Positions 47,541 through 62,100 of a stretch of 64,000 bases of DNA are shown here, piece after piece. Below the pieces are notes generated by a model. The model saw only the letters and a list, made by a program, of their open reading frames with translations. It did no database searches and was not told the DNA's origin. The position numbers and the translations under genes are program-made. The stretch spans positions 160,706,001 through 160,770,000 of the forward strand of contig NC_058368.1 of assembly GCF_018350175.1 (NCBI RefSeq), in the 5' to 3' direction. The stretch comes from Felis catus (Eukaryota). How positions within the stretch are numbered: position 1 is the first letter of the stretch; each line of letters opens with the position of its first letter.

Positions 47541-49220
47541 AAATTATAAAAATATCTCTGCATCATAAACATGGGATAATGATAGGAAGTTGTCCATCAA
47601 ATCATCAAATAAGATTTTAGGCAAATAGTTTCAGTGTTGCATGGGATATAAAAAAGGGCAGAATATAGGACATATCCTGTAGGTGTTTGTAGACTTAGTG
47701 AAGGTAAATTTAGCACATCTATAATAGGGAAGGGGAAAATCAAATGGGCTAGGGAAAAAAACATGTGGTTTCAGTTTGAGCTGTATCTTGATGAAAGTTA
47801 ACATAAATGATCAGATAAAGGAGAACAACCAGAAACCAAGAAAGCAGGAGTCCAGAGGGAAATTAATGATTCAGATTAGTATTTGTGTCTAAATACAACA
47901 AAAATATTAATACATGTGAGAATTCCATGATAAGATTTTAGGGTAAGAAAATGAAGGACAAATTCCAGGCACAGAGGAAAGTATTCTATTTACATAAGAG
48001 AAGTAGGGTGTCCATTAGATAATTATAGTCATTTGTTTGCTCAGATTTTTGGAATCTTTTTCTTCCTCCAACATTCCTTTCTCTCTTCCTTTGCTCATGC
48101 CTGAAGTTTCATCGGCTGTTGGAGTTAGTCTTACCAAGCCAGCACCTAACTGTACACCCCAAACAAAGATCTTTATCAGGGGACATACACAAGGCTCCAG
48201 GAAAAAAAAATATAATAATACATGCCTAAAATATGCAAGTTTTAAAGACCAGGATTTTACTTTGTTTTTCTGTGCTTATTCTTCTTCATATTCCTTTGTT
48301 TTATATGATCATTTTATATATCCACTATTTTACACACAGGCGTGCATGCGCACACGCGTGCACACACACACACACTTTCTAAACAAGTAAATGGATTAGC
48401 CACTTGCATAGTTTTGATTCTGTAATGTATCAATTCTAAGTCTACTGATTACAAACATTCTGTGGAAAGAGTCCTAGAAAGTCGTTTTACAGATACTGTT
48501 GGGTGTAGAATTCTATTAGTTCAGTGCCAAGAGTCTGTACTCCTTTGGTCACATTTTAGTTTGTTGCTCTAAGAATAAGATGAATGGAACCTTCTATGCT
48601 TCTAGAATTTATCTGAAGTACTTAGTGTGGATTGCTTTTACATAGATTTGTCTCAGTGTTAAGATGCATGTATGTAAAAAAATGAAAAAACTTGTTTAGT
48701 TGAAGACTGATTTCTGACAAGTGCATTTTGTAGTTAATGATTAGAGCTTCAGAGTTTTACTAAATTGAGATTGGCTTTCTAGTTACTATATCTCATGCAT
48801 CCACTCTTACAGTTAAGTAGTATAGGTCAGAAATGACTGCAGAGAATGAAGGGTGGGGTCAGTTATAGGAATTGATTTGAATGAATTATTAATACAACAA
48901 AGGTAAGAATGCCATGAAAAGCGCCCATTTGCATTGTGTGATTAGTAAAGAATCAAAATGGAAAGTCATTTTAGGAAAAAAAAACAAAAGCTGCTCTTAG
49001 CATCATTAACAAATGATAGCATCATAACAAATACTGATTGTGCCCTATGTATCAATCAGTGTTTTCCTGGGCAAGGCTTATGTTGCCAATACATATTCTT
49101 CCAATTATTGTCTTCACAGGTTATTGAGTTTTAAGATAGAACAAAATTCTTCATTTTGTACCTGTAGTAGCATTTGTATCATTTAACTAACATACGTAAG
49201 TAATATTATCTTAATCTGTT

Positions 49221-49426
49221 GGGGTGCCTGGGTGGCTCAGTTGGTTTAGCGGCTGAACTCAGCTCAGGCCATGACTTCACAGTTTGTGGGTTTGAGTCCT
49301 ATATTTGTCTCTGTGCTGACAGTGCGGATCCTGCTTTAGAGTCTCTGTTTCCCTTTCTCTCTGCCCCAATGCCGTTCATGCTCTCTCTCTCAAAATAAAT
49401 AAACATTAAAAACCCATTAAAAACAA
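49221..49426 (+). mobile_element. Older Can-SINE
   Basis: Full-length, diverged; TSD ttaat[c/t]tgtt. Confidence 0.92.
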
Positions 49427-49504
49427 TTAATTTGTTAACATTCTCATTTGCCCAAGAAGAAAATTTTTCACCCAATCATATTTCATTTAAAATTATTTCT
49501 ATCC

Positions 49505-49719
49505 GGGGCGCCTGGGTGACTCAGTCGGTTAAGCGGCTGACTTCCGCTCAGGTCATGATCTCGCAGTCCATGAGTTCGAGCCCCGCGTGGGGCTCTGTGC
49601 TGACAGCTCAGAGCCTGGAGCCTGTTTCAGATTCTGTGTCTCCCTCTCTCTGACCCTCCCCTGTTCATGCTCTGTCTCTCTCTGTCTCAAAAATAAATAA
49701 ATGTTAAAAAAAAATTTTT
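49505..49719 (+). mobile_element. Feline Can-SINE, fairly young
   Basis: Perfect TSD AATTATTTCTATCC. Confidence 0.96.
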
Positions 49720-50157
49720 AATTATTTCTATCCACATGCTCAGAAAATGCTTTTATTTCATTATATTTCATAAAGTATTTTTAAAAGTTCAAGTGTGTGT
49801 TAAAATATATTACTATTTCACTCACATAATAATGTCCTGTGGTTAGAAAAGTCAGTTCACATTTATTGCATTCATTTTAGTCTCTGATTAGATCTTAACT
49901 GAAACATTTTGAGTTGCTCTAGGCTAGAACACTGAGAATGGAAACAATGCCTCTGCTTATTTCTTTTCCCATTGTATAACTAGAAACTATCTAGTGGGAT
50001 CCTTGTTTGTCTGTACTCCTGGGGAAAAACCACATCAGGGTCTTTTGTTGCCCAGGGGTCAGTTTCTGGCATCAAGTACAAGGCCATGTAATAAAAGTGA
50101 CACTACCTTTATTATTATTACTTCCTGTTTTCTTTTAAATACTCAAGGATATACATT

Positions 50158-50160
<3 letters not shown>

Positions 50161-50196
<36 letters not shown>
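50161..50196. repeat. Poly(T)36
   Basis: Read directly. Confidence 0.95.
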
Positions 50197-50199
<3 letters not shown>

Positions 50200-50559
50200 A
50201 GTTGCTAGCCTTTGCTTCTTTTTTAACCAATGGAAAGGACCACCTGACCAAAACTTGTAGCTAGTCTTGTCGCAGATGATATAAAAAACCCAGATCTTGG
50301 GCACTAGAAATTTAAGGAGTTGTAGTGTAAAACTCCAGGTATCAACATCAAATGGCTCCTACTGATGATCTGTTTCTAACCATGTGGTACAGTGATGATA
50401 ATTGGCCTCCTCTCTTATCATTGTGCCTTCTATACCTTCTCAGGACTGTTGCAGACATTTGTTGCTTTTGGCCTACTCTGCATTGTTTTTCCTTCTGGTT
50501 GAAGCCTACCTGCTTACTTTTGGAAAAACATATCTTTTCCTGTTGCTTGCGCTCTTGGG

Positions 50560-51060
50560 CTACCACAATGATCCCTTATTTTCAATCCATCAGCAAATTC
50601 TGTTGGCATAATGTTCAAATTATATCCATAACTGGCCCCTTCTTGTCTGCACAGCTACCACTGCCTCTTACCTGAGTTATTTCCAGCACCTCCTTATTGG
50701 TCTCCTGGCTTCCCAAGCTTAGCTCTCTATAATCTGTTCTCCAAATAGCACCAAACATGATTTTACTAAAAAGTAAGCAAAACCATATTATTTCTCTTCA
50801 AAATTCTCCATTCTTTTCTCATCTTACAATAAAAATCAAGGTCCTTGCTGAGACACTCAAGATCAGGCCTCCTGCTGTTTCTTTGAGCTTATCTCCCACC
50901 ACACCCTACACTGCCCACTCTCCTACTACCCTTCCAGTCACCTGGCACATTTGCACTTCTTATTCCTTCTGCCTTAAAAATTCTTGGTCCAGATGTATTC
51001 ATGAATTGCTCCCTTACTTTCTTCAAGCTTTTATCCAAGTATTGAACAGTGTTCCATATC
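50560..51060 (+). mobile_element. L2 fragment
   Basis: caatccatcagcaaattctgttggc, cacctccttattggtctcctggcttc, ataaaaatcaaggtcctt. Confidence 0.75.
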
Positions 51061-54000
51061 AAGAAAGCAATGATCACATGTTTGCTGAGGTCTGAATGAC
51101 TGTCAGTCAAGGTTCTCTGTCCTCCTCTGACAAGGGATGGTCACTTATCCTAAGAATATCAATCTCCATTTCTCTCTCTCTCTCTTTTTTTCTCTCATTC
51201 TCTTTGTTTCCATGGAAATTGATTATGGCATGTAGTGGATAAGATCAAAAAGAAGTAAAACTCATTCATGATAAAAATGCTGTCTTTGATATTCAGAGAT
51301 TAGCGTTTTAAACATGAGCCCCATTGTTTTCTGGGTAGTATCAGATTTTTAATTGCCACTTTTGTACCTTCAGTATCATCTCTTCTTTTTTCCCAGTTAC
51401 TCACCCATGTGTGTAAACAACTCTAGAAGTATCGCAATCCCTTTATTCTCTTTCCAATTCTGCCTGTTTCCTAGGCTCTCTCTAATCTTTAAGGACAACA
51501 GCCCAGCCAGTAGCAGAGACAATCACTATATAGGCTTCTTTTCACATTAGGACAAACATTTTAGCATGAGTTGCCACATACAGACTATTGGCAGTTATGA
51601 TGGACTGTAAGAAGTAAAAGTATGAAAAATACCAAAGATTTGGTTAAAAATGTGGCAAGTTCTTCTATACATAAGTAGGTAATGTACATAAAATATGCCA
51701 ATATACATTGAATTTTTAACCATACATGCATTCTTCTAATCCATATTTTTTTCTCATATTAATTGCTATACAAAGTCATTATATTTATGCGATGGTTTCC
51801 CCTTTTCCCTTGCTCAAAACTCCACATTAGAAAATGTGAACTTCTTTTATTTTTCTTTGAGTTCACCATTTTAGGTGGCCCAAAAGGTATATAAATGATC
51901 TTCAGAACCTCTATCAAGTGAATACTGGCTACAAGTGAAGACATGAGATCTTTTAACTTAGAAAAGTCAAAAGGCATATATTCATCAATTCATTAATTTA
52001 ACAAATATCAATTATCCCTGTACTATATACCAGATATTCTTACAAGTGCAAGGATACAATGGTCACTAAGAAATGGTCTATGTTGCCATATTGCTTGATA
52101 GATATTTGCCCACTTGGAATAAAATACTCTATCAATTTTGTGACATTTTTCCTCAGAAGATAATATATATTATTAATTTTTTACCTCTAAATTACGTATT
52201 CTTTTTGTAATTTATTGTTTTGTATTTTTCCAATTTTATTAGAAATAAATAGATTGTATCCCCTTTCAAACTATCTTTGCTGTGATAAAAAGAGTTATTT
52301 GTCAACCTTATTTCTTTTTTTTTCTGGAATGAATATCTGATTTTATCTAAGGAAAATTGGAATTAAAATAATATGCACTACTTCTAAAAATAGATCCTCA
52401 ATCTAGTGGAGGATAAATACATGGGAAAAATATTTTTAAAAGATTTAAGTAATTTTAAATGCAATTATGGATTATCTGAATCCATAAATATCAAAACCAT
52501 AATATTTAGAAACTAAAACATAACATCAATGTTATTGTTAGTTAGTATTGTTTTAATTTTGTATAGTGCTGGACTTTGGTAAAAACAAATTAATAGACTA
52601 TGATAAGTATAAATACATTTTGCTTTCTAAAGTCCATAACTATAAAAAATGGAAACCTATTTTTTTCTCCAAAGTTGAGTGTTTACATTTCTAACAAAAT
52701 TCACTCCTAGATCAGAGCATACTTTTCCAGTATAAGCAATTCCAAATTCTCCTGATGACAGCATGAATACATATAGGAGTGTGAATAGACTGAATAGGCA
52801 AGTTACAAGCAACCAGACAAGTGTCATCATGTCCAATCTGCCATCCTAGAATAATAATTTTCAAGAAATTTAAAATCGTGTATATTGATTCAAAAATTCT
52901 TTTATCTCAGAGAAAATAACCACATTTTCTTAAATGACTTTAAAACTGTTTCTTCGGAAATGCATTTTCCAAGTGTAAGTGATTTTGAATGTCAAAAAAT
53001 GAAACTTAACTTTCTACAATTAGAGTTGTGATAAATTGAAGATGGATGAACTCAGTAGATTAAAGAGTAAGTGAAGAAGAAATTAATTTCAGTGTTTTGC
53101 AATGATACCAAGCTAATGTCTAATTGAGATGATATATTTTAATGTTTCTGTTCTCCAAATTTTACAACGGTGTATTGATTTGGAATTTTCCCTGAATAAA
53201 TGTCAAATCCATTTGACCCCACTTTGTCAAATGCAGAAATATTTCTAATTCTGAAATCTTCACTGTTCTGCATATATGAGTTTGAAATGAATCTTAACTA
53301 CAAATTTTTGGTTTTGAGGCTAGTCCAACAGCCAATATCCTGTGTGATAATTTTCTTATCATTCATTTACTTTCATAGGTCTCATTAGCCCCTGTAGTTT
53401 TGATAAAATGTGGAAAACTTTAACACATGTATATTTGTGTCTTTGGAAGTTCCCCAAACATAAGGAACAATAACAATAACCAAAACTAAAAACAAGTATC
53501 ACAGAATTGGCCCCACTAGTTTGCTTACTCCATTACCTTTCAGTAATTTGTCTCATCTGGCTTTCAAAATATTTCTTGTATAGAAAGCCAAATAAATAGG
53601 GTTTTGATGATTTTTAATCTTTGAAAATTCATTAAAGAATAATATTTTCTCATTTTATATTGGATGGGTTGGGGCCGGTTTTGTTTTCTGCATGTTTTAT
53701 TTCCAATTTAGACAACTATACAATAATTTGTAATATTTGGCATCCTTTTCCATGTCATTATTTTTCTTTGTTCTTCAAAATAAAACTTGAATATTTTTTT
53801 CAGTTTCAGAGCTTTTTTAAAAGGTAGATTATTCCTTTTTTATTTTGTATGGTTTATTTGGGTTTATTTTTGGAACTCACTAATGTTTTTGTGTTTCTCA
53901 ATTTAGTGCCATTTATACCCTTCATTTATTTTTCATTACTAATTCTAGCCCATTTATCACATATTCAAAATATCACATATCTTTCACTAAATGCTGAATA

Positions 54001-55004
54001 ATATCTTCTTGTAAATCTCACAAATTGAACACAAAAGATATGTTTGGCTTATTGAAGATAGAGTGTGAAAATCAGTGATCACACGAAAGGTTGAAAATTT
54101 ATAAAGCAAGTCAGTATCATGGACTGTGATCAGGGAGGAATTGTGCTCCTTTTATTTTGCACATAGAAAAATTACATATAGAGATTTGTAGAAGATGGGC
54201 TGAAACAATATTAGAAAGATCAGGATTCTCAGAAGACAGGGAATCTAACGACATTCATAGTTGTAGGGACTCTGAGGAAGCACACATCACAGAACTACTG
54301 TTGACATTTTGAACAGTGGGACTTGCTCGAACTGGCATTGAAAAGGCATCCCAAAGGGAGAATGTACTGGGTTTCCAAGGGCCCAAATGTCCATCATCTG
54401 TCAGACATCCTTTCTCATCTCTGACTTGGGTTCATTTCACTTTATCTCTGGGACTCCAACACCATGCCAACCCTGGCATCTGACAGAAAACACAACAGAT
54501 TGGGAAAATAAAAATAAATTTTTATAGCTGAACTTTCAAATCACTTTTGTGTTCTTTTGAAAAGTCTGTCATTTCTGTTTGAATGCCTGTTTACTAAATC
54601 CCAGATGTGCTGGTTGGTATTCAAAAGGGGTTACCATTCAGTGCTTGATAAACAATATGGATAAGTGATATCTCATTCACTGTTCCTCAAATTTAGTTGC
54701 TTTGCTTTACCAGTCTGCTTTAGTAATCAGTGCCCTGACTTTATGGACAACCTGTCTAAGGCATACCTCTTTTAGCCACAGAGTATTTATCTTATCACTA
54801 TATGATAGGTAATGACCCATAACTGCTTAGACATAAAGTTCCATTGTCTATTTTTACCTGGTTTTGTTTATGTCTTGTTTTAATTTCATCTATACGATTC
54901 GTTCAGGGAAGTTCCTTTGCATATTGTTTTATATTGTAATAGATCTCAATATAACATAAGAGTTTTCATTAAAACCCCAGAATGGATAGAGTCATGGAAA
55001 TCTT

Positions 55005-55195
55005 TTTTTTTTTTTTCCTTTTAGAGAGAAGGAGAGCATAAGTGGGTAAGACGGGAAGAGAGAGAGAGAGACTCTGAAGTAGGTTCCATGCTCAGTGAGG
55101 AGCCCAATGTGGGGCTTGATCCCATGACCCTGGGATCATGACTGAGCCAAAATCAAGAGTCAGGTATTCAAACAGTTGAGCCACCCAGGCACCTT
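55005..55195 (-). mobile_element. Older Can-SINE
   Basis: Reverse-complement head gagccacccaggcacc; TSD catgga[a/t]atctt. Confidence 0.9.
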
Positions 55196-55799
55196 GAACC
55201 ATGGATATCTTAAGAAAGTCATTTTGACTCCTCTTTTCCCAATACTGTGTATCACAATGGATTGTACAATACTGCCTATAAAATAACATAAATCAGAGAC
55301 TTAAGTTCTCTTAGTAATTTTTTTTTCTTTTATAAAGGTTGTTTCTTGGATATTATGACATGTTCTAAGGTTTCTTGTTTGCTGTTGTGTATAGATTGCC
55401 ATATTTTAGAAGGGATTTGTGGTAATTTTCTTAGTGTATGATTGATAGTTATTATTTTCTTATCTTTTTGTTGAAGTCTTTCAGTTAACCAACCATTAGC
55501 ATTGGTTACTATATATTAATATGCAACATCTTAATTCTCTGGTGTTTGATATTTTTATAAACTACCCAAATCATATTTTATTGTGATTCTTGGAGTTAGG
55601 TCCATATCAGGAAAAATTTTATTTCATAGTCCTTAAATTCCCTGCTACTTTTATAAACCCCAGTGCTATTATTACTTCATTGAACTATGTGAATCAACTT
55701 AAACAGCCAACAACTCTGAGCAGCATGTGGTCCACAGATAAGTTAAGATGGGTTTCAGCATTCTTATCATCTATTGAAGGTGACAAGCCATGAATAAAA

Positions 55800-56580
55800 G
55801 GAATCAAAGCAAGAATTGACAGAGGACTAAACATGAGACACTGATCAAAGAGATTTGGAAATAAAGGTTAGAGGTACAAAGAACAGAGCAGAAGTTGAGA
55901 GAGCAAAAGCAGAATCCCAAGACTGATGATTGATACAACTAAACCTTAAGGGACAGGGAGGTGCATTTTGGCAATTTGAGGAGACGGAATATGAGGAGGT
56001 TGATCCTTAAGGGTGGAGGACTGGAAGACTGTGCAAAAAGGCATAGACACAGGCGAGCAAATGGAATTGTGAAAAGATACGATTAGGCCATTTTTCTTAT
56101 CCGTGATTGTGTATAGAATAGGAGGTAAATCCATATGAAGAGTTTGGGTGCCAAAACTCTGAGTATTACATATCAAGTTAGGTAGCCTAAGTTGTATGAA
56201 TTCCATATGATAAAACATGATTCAGAATAACTGGTAGGTGGCATGTAAGTGAATCCTGATAACCAGGTTAGAAGCAGGAAGAAAAAGAATACTCCTTTTA
56301 GTATTTCAGGTGATACACAGAGGCCTGCAACAGAGTGTTAGCTGAAAAAAAATAGGAACGGCTGAGAGAGAAGTTACTCAGAAACCAAAAAGTAGATAAT
56401 TAAGGTAAGCCTGAAATTGGTTTGTCAAGAAAATTATGAATTCAGTTTTTGAAATACCACATTTGAGATGAAAATGGACCATCTCAGTATGGCTTTTTAG
56501 TTATTTTAGATACAAGATCAGCATCCAAGGAGATTAAAAACAAGGGACATAGATTTTAGAGTTGAGCTTTGAGGTTTCTA
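55800..56580 (-). mobile_element. Decayed L2-like fragments
   Basis: Purine-rich strand with atgaattcagtttttgaaat...atttgagatg motif. Confidence 0.45.
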
Positions 56581-57502
56581 TGAAATTTTGAGAGCAAAGC
56601 TCAGTTAATAATTACCTGTGAAGTTTACTGTAATGCTAAATCCTTTCACAAATGTTTGTATCGAAGAAAATGTCTTTTCCTTCACAAATGGCTAAATTCC
56701 AAAACCTCTCCCCCATTCCAGCTGCCTGGCAGATCCATGCCATAGTTCACAGATTCAAAACCATCACTGAAAAAATGAGCTCCAAGAACTCTTTCTACTG
56801 CCATTAGAGTAGCAGCAGGGTTTTTATGAATTTCTGTATGACATAAAAACATTCCCATATGATGGGGACATGTTTTCTTTTTAAAAGCACTTATCTCAAT
56901 ATCACACACCATTTATGTTCTTTATGTGTTCTTCCACTGATTATTAAGAATTTCCACAGGTACCTCATTGTTTACTCATGATACACGTACCAGGACAAGT
57001 ATTTCAAACTCTCATTTTATTTCTTGGTAAATACCCTATTTTTATATATTTACTCAGTCCTTAGAGTAAGAATCAGTGTTTCTCTTTATTTACAGTAAAA
57101 GCTCTTTTGAAACAGTAAAAAACAAGTAAAAATGTAATGGGATATATCTCATTTAGATTTAGAACTCGTGAAATCTAAAATGCTGAACGAAATTCTGGTT
57201 ATTTGAAATTCACTTGTCTTATAAGCTATAACCCCTATTAATATTATTAATTTTAAACATTACTGATACTAGATATATGCCAATATTAATTATATTCTAT
57301 TAATATTGTTAATATTAAATATCACTGATACCAGAGTTGTGCAAAAGCTTTATCTTGCTCAAGGAGCCTAAATTAGATTAAAACTATTTTATAACCTATG
57401 GAAGACTAGGGAGGCCCTTATTTGTCATCATCTTTAATGTTGAAAGCCATATTTCTGGTCTCAAGGATCCTAGAGTGAATGAATCCATGCTAGACTCCTA
57501 CA

Positions 57503-57773
57503 GTGATGGCTTAAATAAGGATGCAAATTCTGTTCCATTCCTAACATAGAGAAATGGAGCTATTTTTCTCTCTCTCTGAAACTGGGGTAGCCTTGTGACC
57601 TGACTGGACCCATAGAATGTGATGAAGTGACCTTATATAACTGCTGAGACTGTACCTTAAAAGCTCTGCAGTGTCCACCTGGAACACTTGACATGTTCTC
57701 TCTTAGAAGCCAGCCACGTGTCAGGTGTCTGACTGTGTTGACCCCACCATGCTGTGAAGAGGCCATCTACGTG
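57503..57773 (+). mobile_element. MaLR LTR fragment (MLT1H/I-like)
   Basis: gccttgtgacctgactggacccatagaatgtgatgaagtgac; ccaccatgctgtgaagaggcca. Confidence 0.7.
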
Positions 57774-58334
57774 ACCCTACCCAAGTCACTTAGCATGCTA
57801 ATTTAAAAATGAGGAGAATAATATCTTCTCTACTTTCTTGATATTATGAAGATTCAATAATTGGTTAAAATGAGAATGTTTATATTAGTATATATTTATT
57901 CTTTGTATATATTTCTGTGTTTTTATGAGTATGTATTTAAAGGTAAAATTTAATCTGAATACATCATGGTTCTTTTAGTATTTAAAAAGAAGAGCACTCC
58001 ATTTATTTTTACCAATAATTTTCACATTGGATACGGAAACTAAGCAAATGAGTAATAATGAAAAACACAATGAGGGAAAAACATTAAGTGTATATCACTA
58101 TATATTTTTTGGCATGTTGCATGTGTGTATGTGTGTGTATATATACCTCATATATTATGTAAAATTCTGTACAAATCATTTACAGCTAAGATTTTTTATA
58201 AAATTCTATATGATTCCTTCTTGAAACTTTACCTCCTTCTTGCATTTACTTTTTGCTTCCCTCCATATTTCAAATACCTGAGTCAGTACAACTTTATTCT
58301 AGGCCATTCTACCAGCATACCTGTCACTTCAGTT

Positions 58335-58721
58335 TTATATACATATAAATATATATATATATATGTTATTCTTTTTTATGTACATATACATATAAATATA
58401 TATATACATTTTATATACATATAAATATATTTATATTACATATTACATATAAATATATATATTTGTTTGTTATATATACATATATATACATTTTATATAC
58501 ATATAAATATACATATATATTATATACATATATACATATATACATTTTATATACATATAAATATATACATATATACTTATGTATACATATACATACATAT
58601 GTACATTTTATATACATATAAATATATATATGTTATTCTTTCTCAAAAATCTCAAATATATATATATGTTATTCTTTTTATATACATATAAATATATATA
58701 CATTTTATATACATATAAATA

Positions 58722-58752
<31 letters not shown>

Positions 58753-58984
58753 GCATTTTATATACATATATATTATATACATATATACATATATACATTT
58801 TATTTACATATAAATATATACATATATACATATGTATACATATACATACATATGTATATTTTATATACATATAAATATATAAATATATATATATGTTATT
58901 CTTTCTCAAAAATCTCAAATATATATATATGTTATTCTTTTTATATACATATAAATATATATACATTTTATACACATATAAATA

Positions 58985-59015
<31 letters not shown>

Positions 59016-59180
59016 GCATTTTATATACATATATATTATATACATATATACATATATACATTTTATTTACATATAAATATATACATATATACATATGTAT
59101 ACATATACATACATATGTATATTTTATATACATATAAATATATAAATATATATATATGTTATTCTTTCTCAAAAATCTCA
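58335..59180. repeat. TA-rich minisatellite with a 263-bp higher-order period
   Basis: Anchor tgttattctttctcaaaaatctca at 58631, 58894 and 59157. Confidence 0.93.
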
Positions 59181-62100
59181 TTACTCTGGATATAGATTTT
59201 TTAAGTTACAAGATTAAGGAGTAATGCTTATATATTTTTAATTGAAAACAGTCAAGTGTTATAATTAAAGCACAAATAAAAATGATTAGCCACCACACAG
59301 AGTTCAGTATCTCAGTGCTATGTCCTAATAATGGCTTTTTACATTAGGAAATCCATGCAGGGATCTTCAATATCTCAAAAGCAGAGTTTATAATGTTGTT
59401 TTTGAACACAGTACAATCTTGACTCAGCACATTAGTGCCTGTGTGTCCTCTTCTGCCTTATAAGTGGAGTAGTGGTGTGGTCATGGGAAGCTAGTCTGTG
59501 AATATATAGGAGGCCTGGGCTTCAGTCCTCATTCATCTGCTTTCCAATTGGGTAGCTTTTCTGGCTCTGTTTACTCATTTATATAATGGAGAATATCATT
59601 ACCAAAGATTTATAATTACAAAATAGGAAACATTACCTATGAGCAGGTAGGAATAGGTAGGGCCAAATAGGATTCTCTATGGTGTGGCAGTGACATTTTT
59701 AGCATAGATCACTTGCTAATAGATAGACCATCAAGATGGACTGGAATGATGCTCCCTGGGGTGTGATCACCATTGATTATCGTATTCCTCTCTCCCTGGT
59801 GATAATCTGAACAATTTATACAACCAGAGAGAAATGATATTACCTGAGTTAAAAAATTAAGAAGATAAAGAATTGAACGTTAGGAGGAAAATAGGCACTG
59901 GAGGATATTTGCTTATTGGATAAGACCATAACAGTTTCTGATTTAAAATTTACATTTTTTATTCTCAATGTACACTGGAGTTATTTTATTTTGTCAGTTT
60001 GTGACCTCGAGAATCCATGGATTTAATGGATTTTAGTATAAAATGTAATCTAGAATTATAGAAATTTGCACACCTACATTTGCAGAAGCAGTTTATCTTG
60101 GCCAAGACTATGCTGGCAGATGTGGCATTGGTTTTGTATTTACATTATTTGTAAATACCAGAAACCAACATGAGTTTAATAAAAGACAACTTTATTTTTA
60201 GGATTCCAAATGCAAAAGGCCAAAATATATTTAGGACTTGGAAAACAAGTAGAATAGGAAATGGAAATGCATTGCAACTTCAAGATATTCCTACCTGTGT
60301 TTCTCAATATTTACTTTATTATTGTGTTTTTTGTAATCTGTTTTTTCGGGGTTTTTTGTTGTTGTTGTTTGCCGGCAACTTTGTCAAAGTCCTGGAGGAA
60401 AATTGGGCTATAGTACCCAAGTTTTTAAAACTTATTTTTTCTTTTTTATTTAAGAGACCAGCATATGTTAAAATACAATCCCTTAAAAACCTATCACCTA
60501 ATAGCAATTTCAAATTGTGACAAGTGGATTCTGATTGTCTTGGGTCGGGTCACCATTTCTTGTGTAGGTATTTGTGGTTTGGGGTTTGGACCCGTTGTAC
60601 CAATACTACCAGTGAAGATTTAACCCAGTAAATTGGAGGGTAGAGGCATGGATTTGACAGGAAAAAATGGGATATTGGCTTGGACTGGAAAGTCAGCCTA
60701 AAAGTATCTCCAGGTCACTATTAATGGAGACCTAGAAGATTATGTTGATTTGTCCTATATCAGGATCTCTTTGAGACTATCATTATTCTAATATTATTTC
60801 TGATGCCTTCTTCCTTTATCATTAAGGTTTCCGTCAGAGAGAAGTGACCTATTTGATTTCTAGCTGAGAAAGCATGTAATTAAATAATACCCTTGGGCTC
60901 ATTCTATTTTCCTGCCTTATCATGAAATAAGAAAGAAAGGTCTCCTGAAGGAGAATTAAAGAAAATGCTGATACATAGCAAATGATAGTTCAGTTTGCTT
61001 CCAAGGGCAATTCTCTTTCTACAAAATAAGTGAATATACTGCATTAGAGAACTTTGGGGTGGGGGGAAACTATATAAGCATTATAAATGTTGTAATGTAG
61101 GTATTTTTTCATTGTTTCAGAACAAAAAGAATATTAGGTTTTTTCCACTGTTCTGTTTCATTATCAGTAGCAATGCCATTAGTGGTAGCAGCAGCATTTG
61201 TGATTTCAATAAAAACAGTACTTATGAAGTAAATATATGCTGCATACTTGGGATTACCTCAAAAATGAAGACTTTAAAAAGAGACTTATTTTAAACTTCT
61301 AATAAGGATGGATATACTATCATTAAAACAGAAAACATGTAAAATAAGATAAAAGATTTAAATGTAAGGCAGAAATTTGAAGGTTATGATATTCATACTA
61401 CACACCAAATGGAAACTATATTTTAACTCAAATTTCATTCTTTCTCATATTCCCCTGCCTTTTATATGCACTAGTAGGAGATGAACAAAACCAAAAATAA
61501 CATTAGTAGTGAATTAACACAAAAATATTGCTTATGAGGACTTTGGTTGTAAAGAGGAGATTAAACAAAAAAGAGACATGAAATTAAAAGCTACCTTAAG
61601 GAAAGATCCAGAAGGATCTTAACAATAAGCATGACAGTTTCTATTTGTAAAAAGTATCATGCACATGGTTATTGTGAAGACATACTGATTCAGTTAGTTT
61701 TAATTTCTAAGCACACTGAGATATTCAAGGTGATGAAAAACAAAAATAAAAAAATAAATAAGCAAAACAAACCCAAACAAACAAGAAAATATACTTGTAA
61801 ATATTTGGAAAGTAAAAGCATTAGAATTAGATTAAAATTGAAGGTGACTCTGATTGATCATCCTATAAAATAGACTACTGGTTAATTGACATTAAGAAAT
61901 GGTTTAATTCATGTATTTGTTAACAGCTTACAGATTACCTGCCCAGTGAAGTCCTGAAACAGATAATTTCCAGTTTAATATTGAAAAATATTAAATTATT
62001 TTAAAAATCCATTTTATAAGCCACTAGTATCTTTCACTTTTGTTTTTATTAGGATATTACAACTAACATTACCTCACAAAATAAATTATTAATAAGATAA

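Noticed and set aside
37176..54355. Shared 15-mer aaaaggcatcccaaa at 37176 and 54341
   Set aside because: Several matches of this length are expected by chance in 64 kb of AT-rich DNA
638..57528. Many octamer motifs (ATGCAAAT/ATTTGCAT) across the window
   Set aside because: Dispersed, several inside repeats, and plausibly explained by AT-rich, TG/CA-enriched composition
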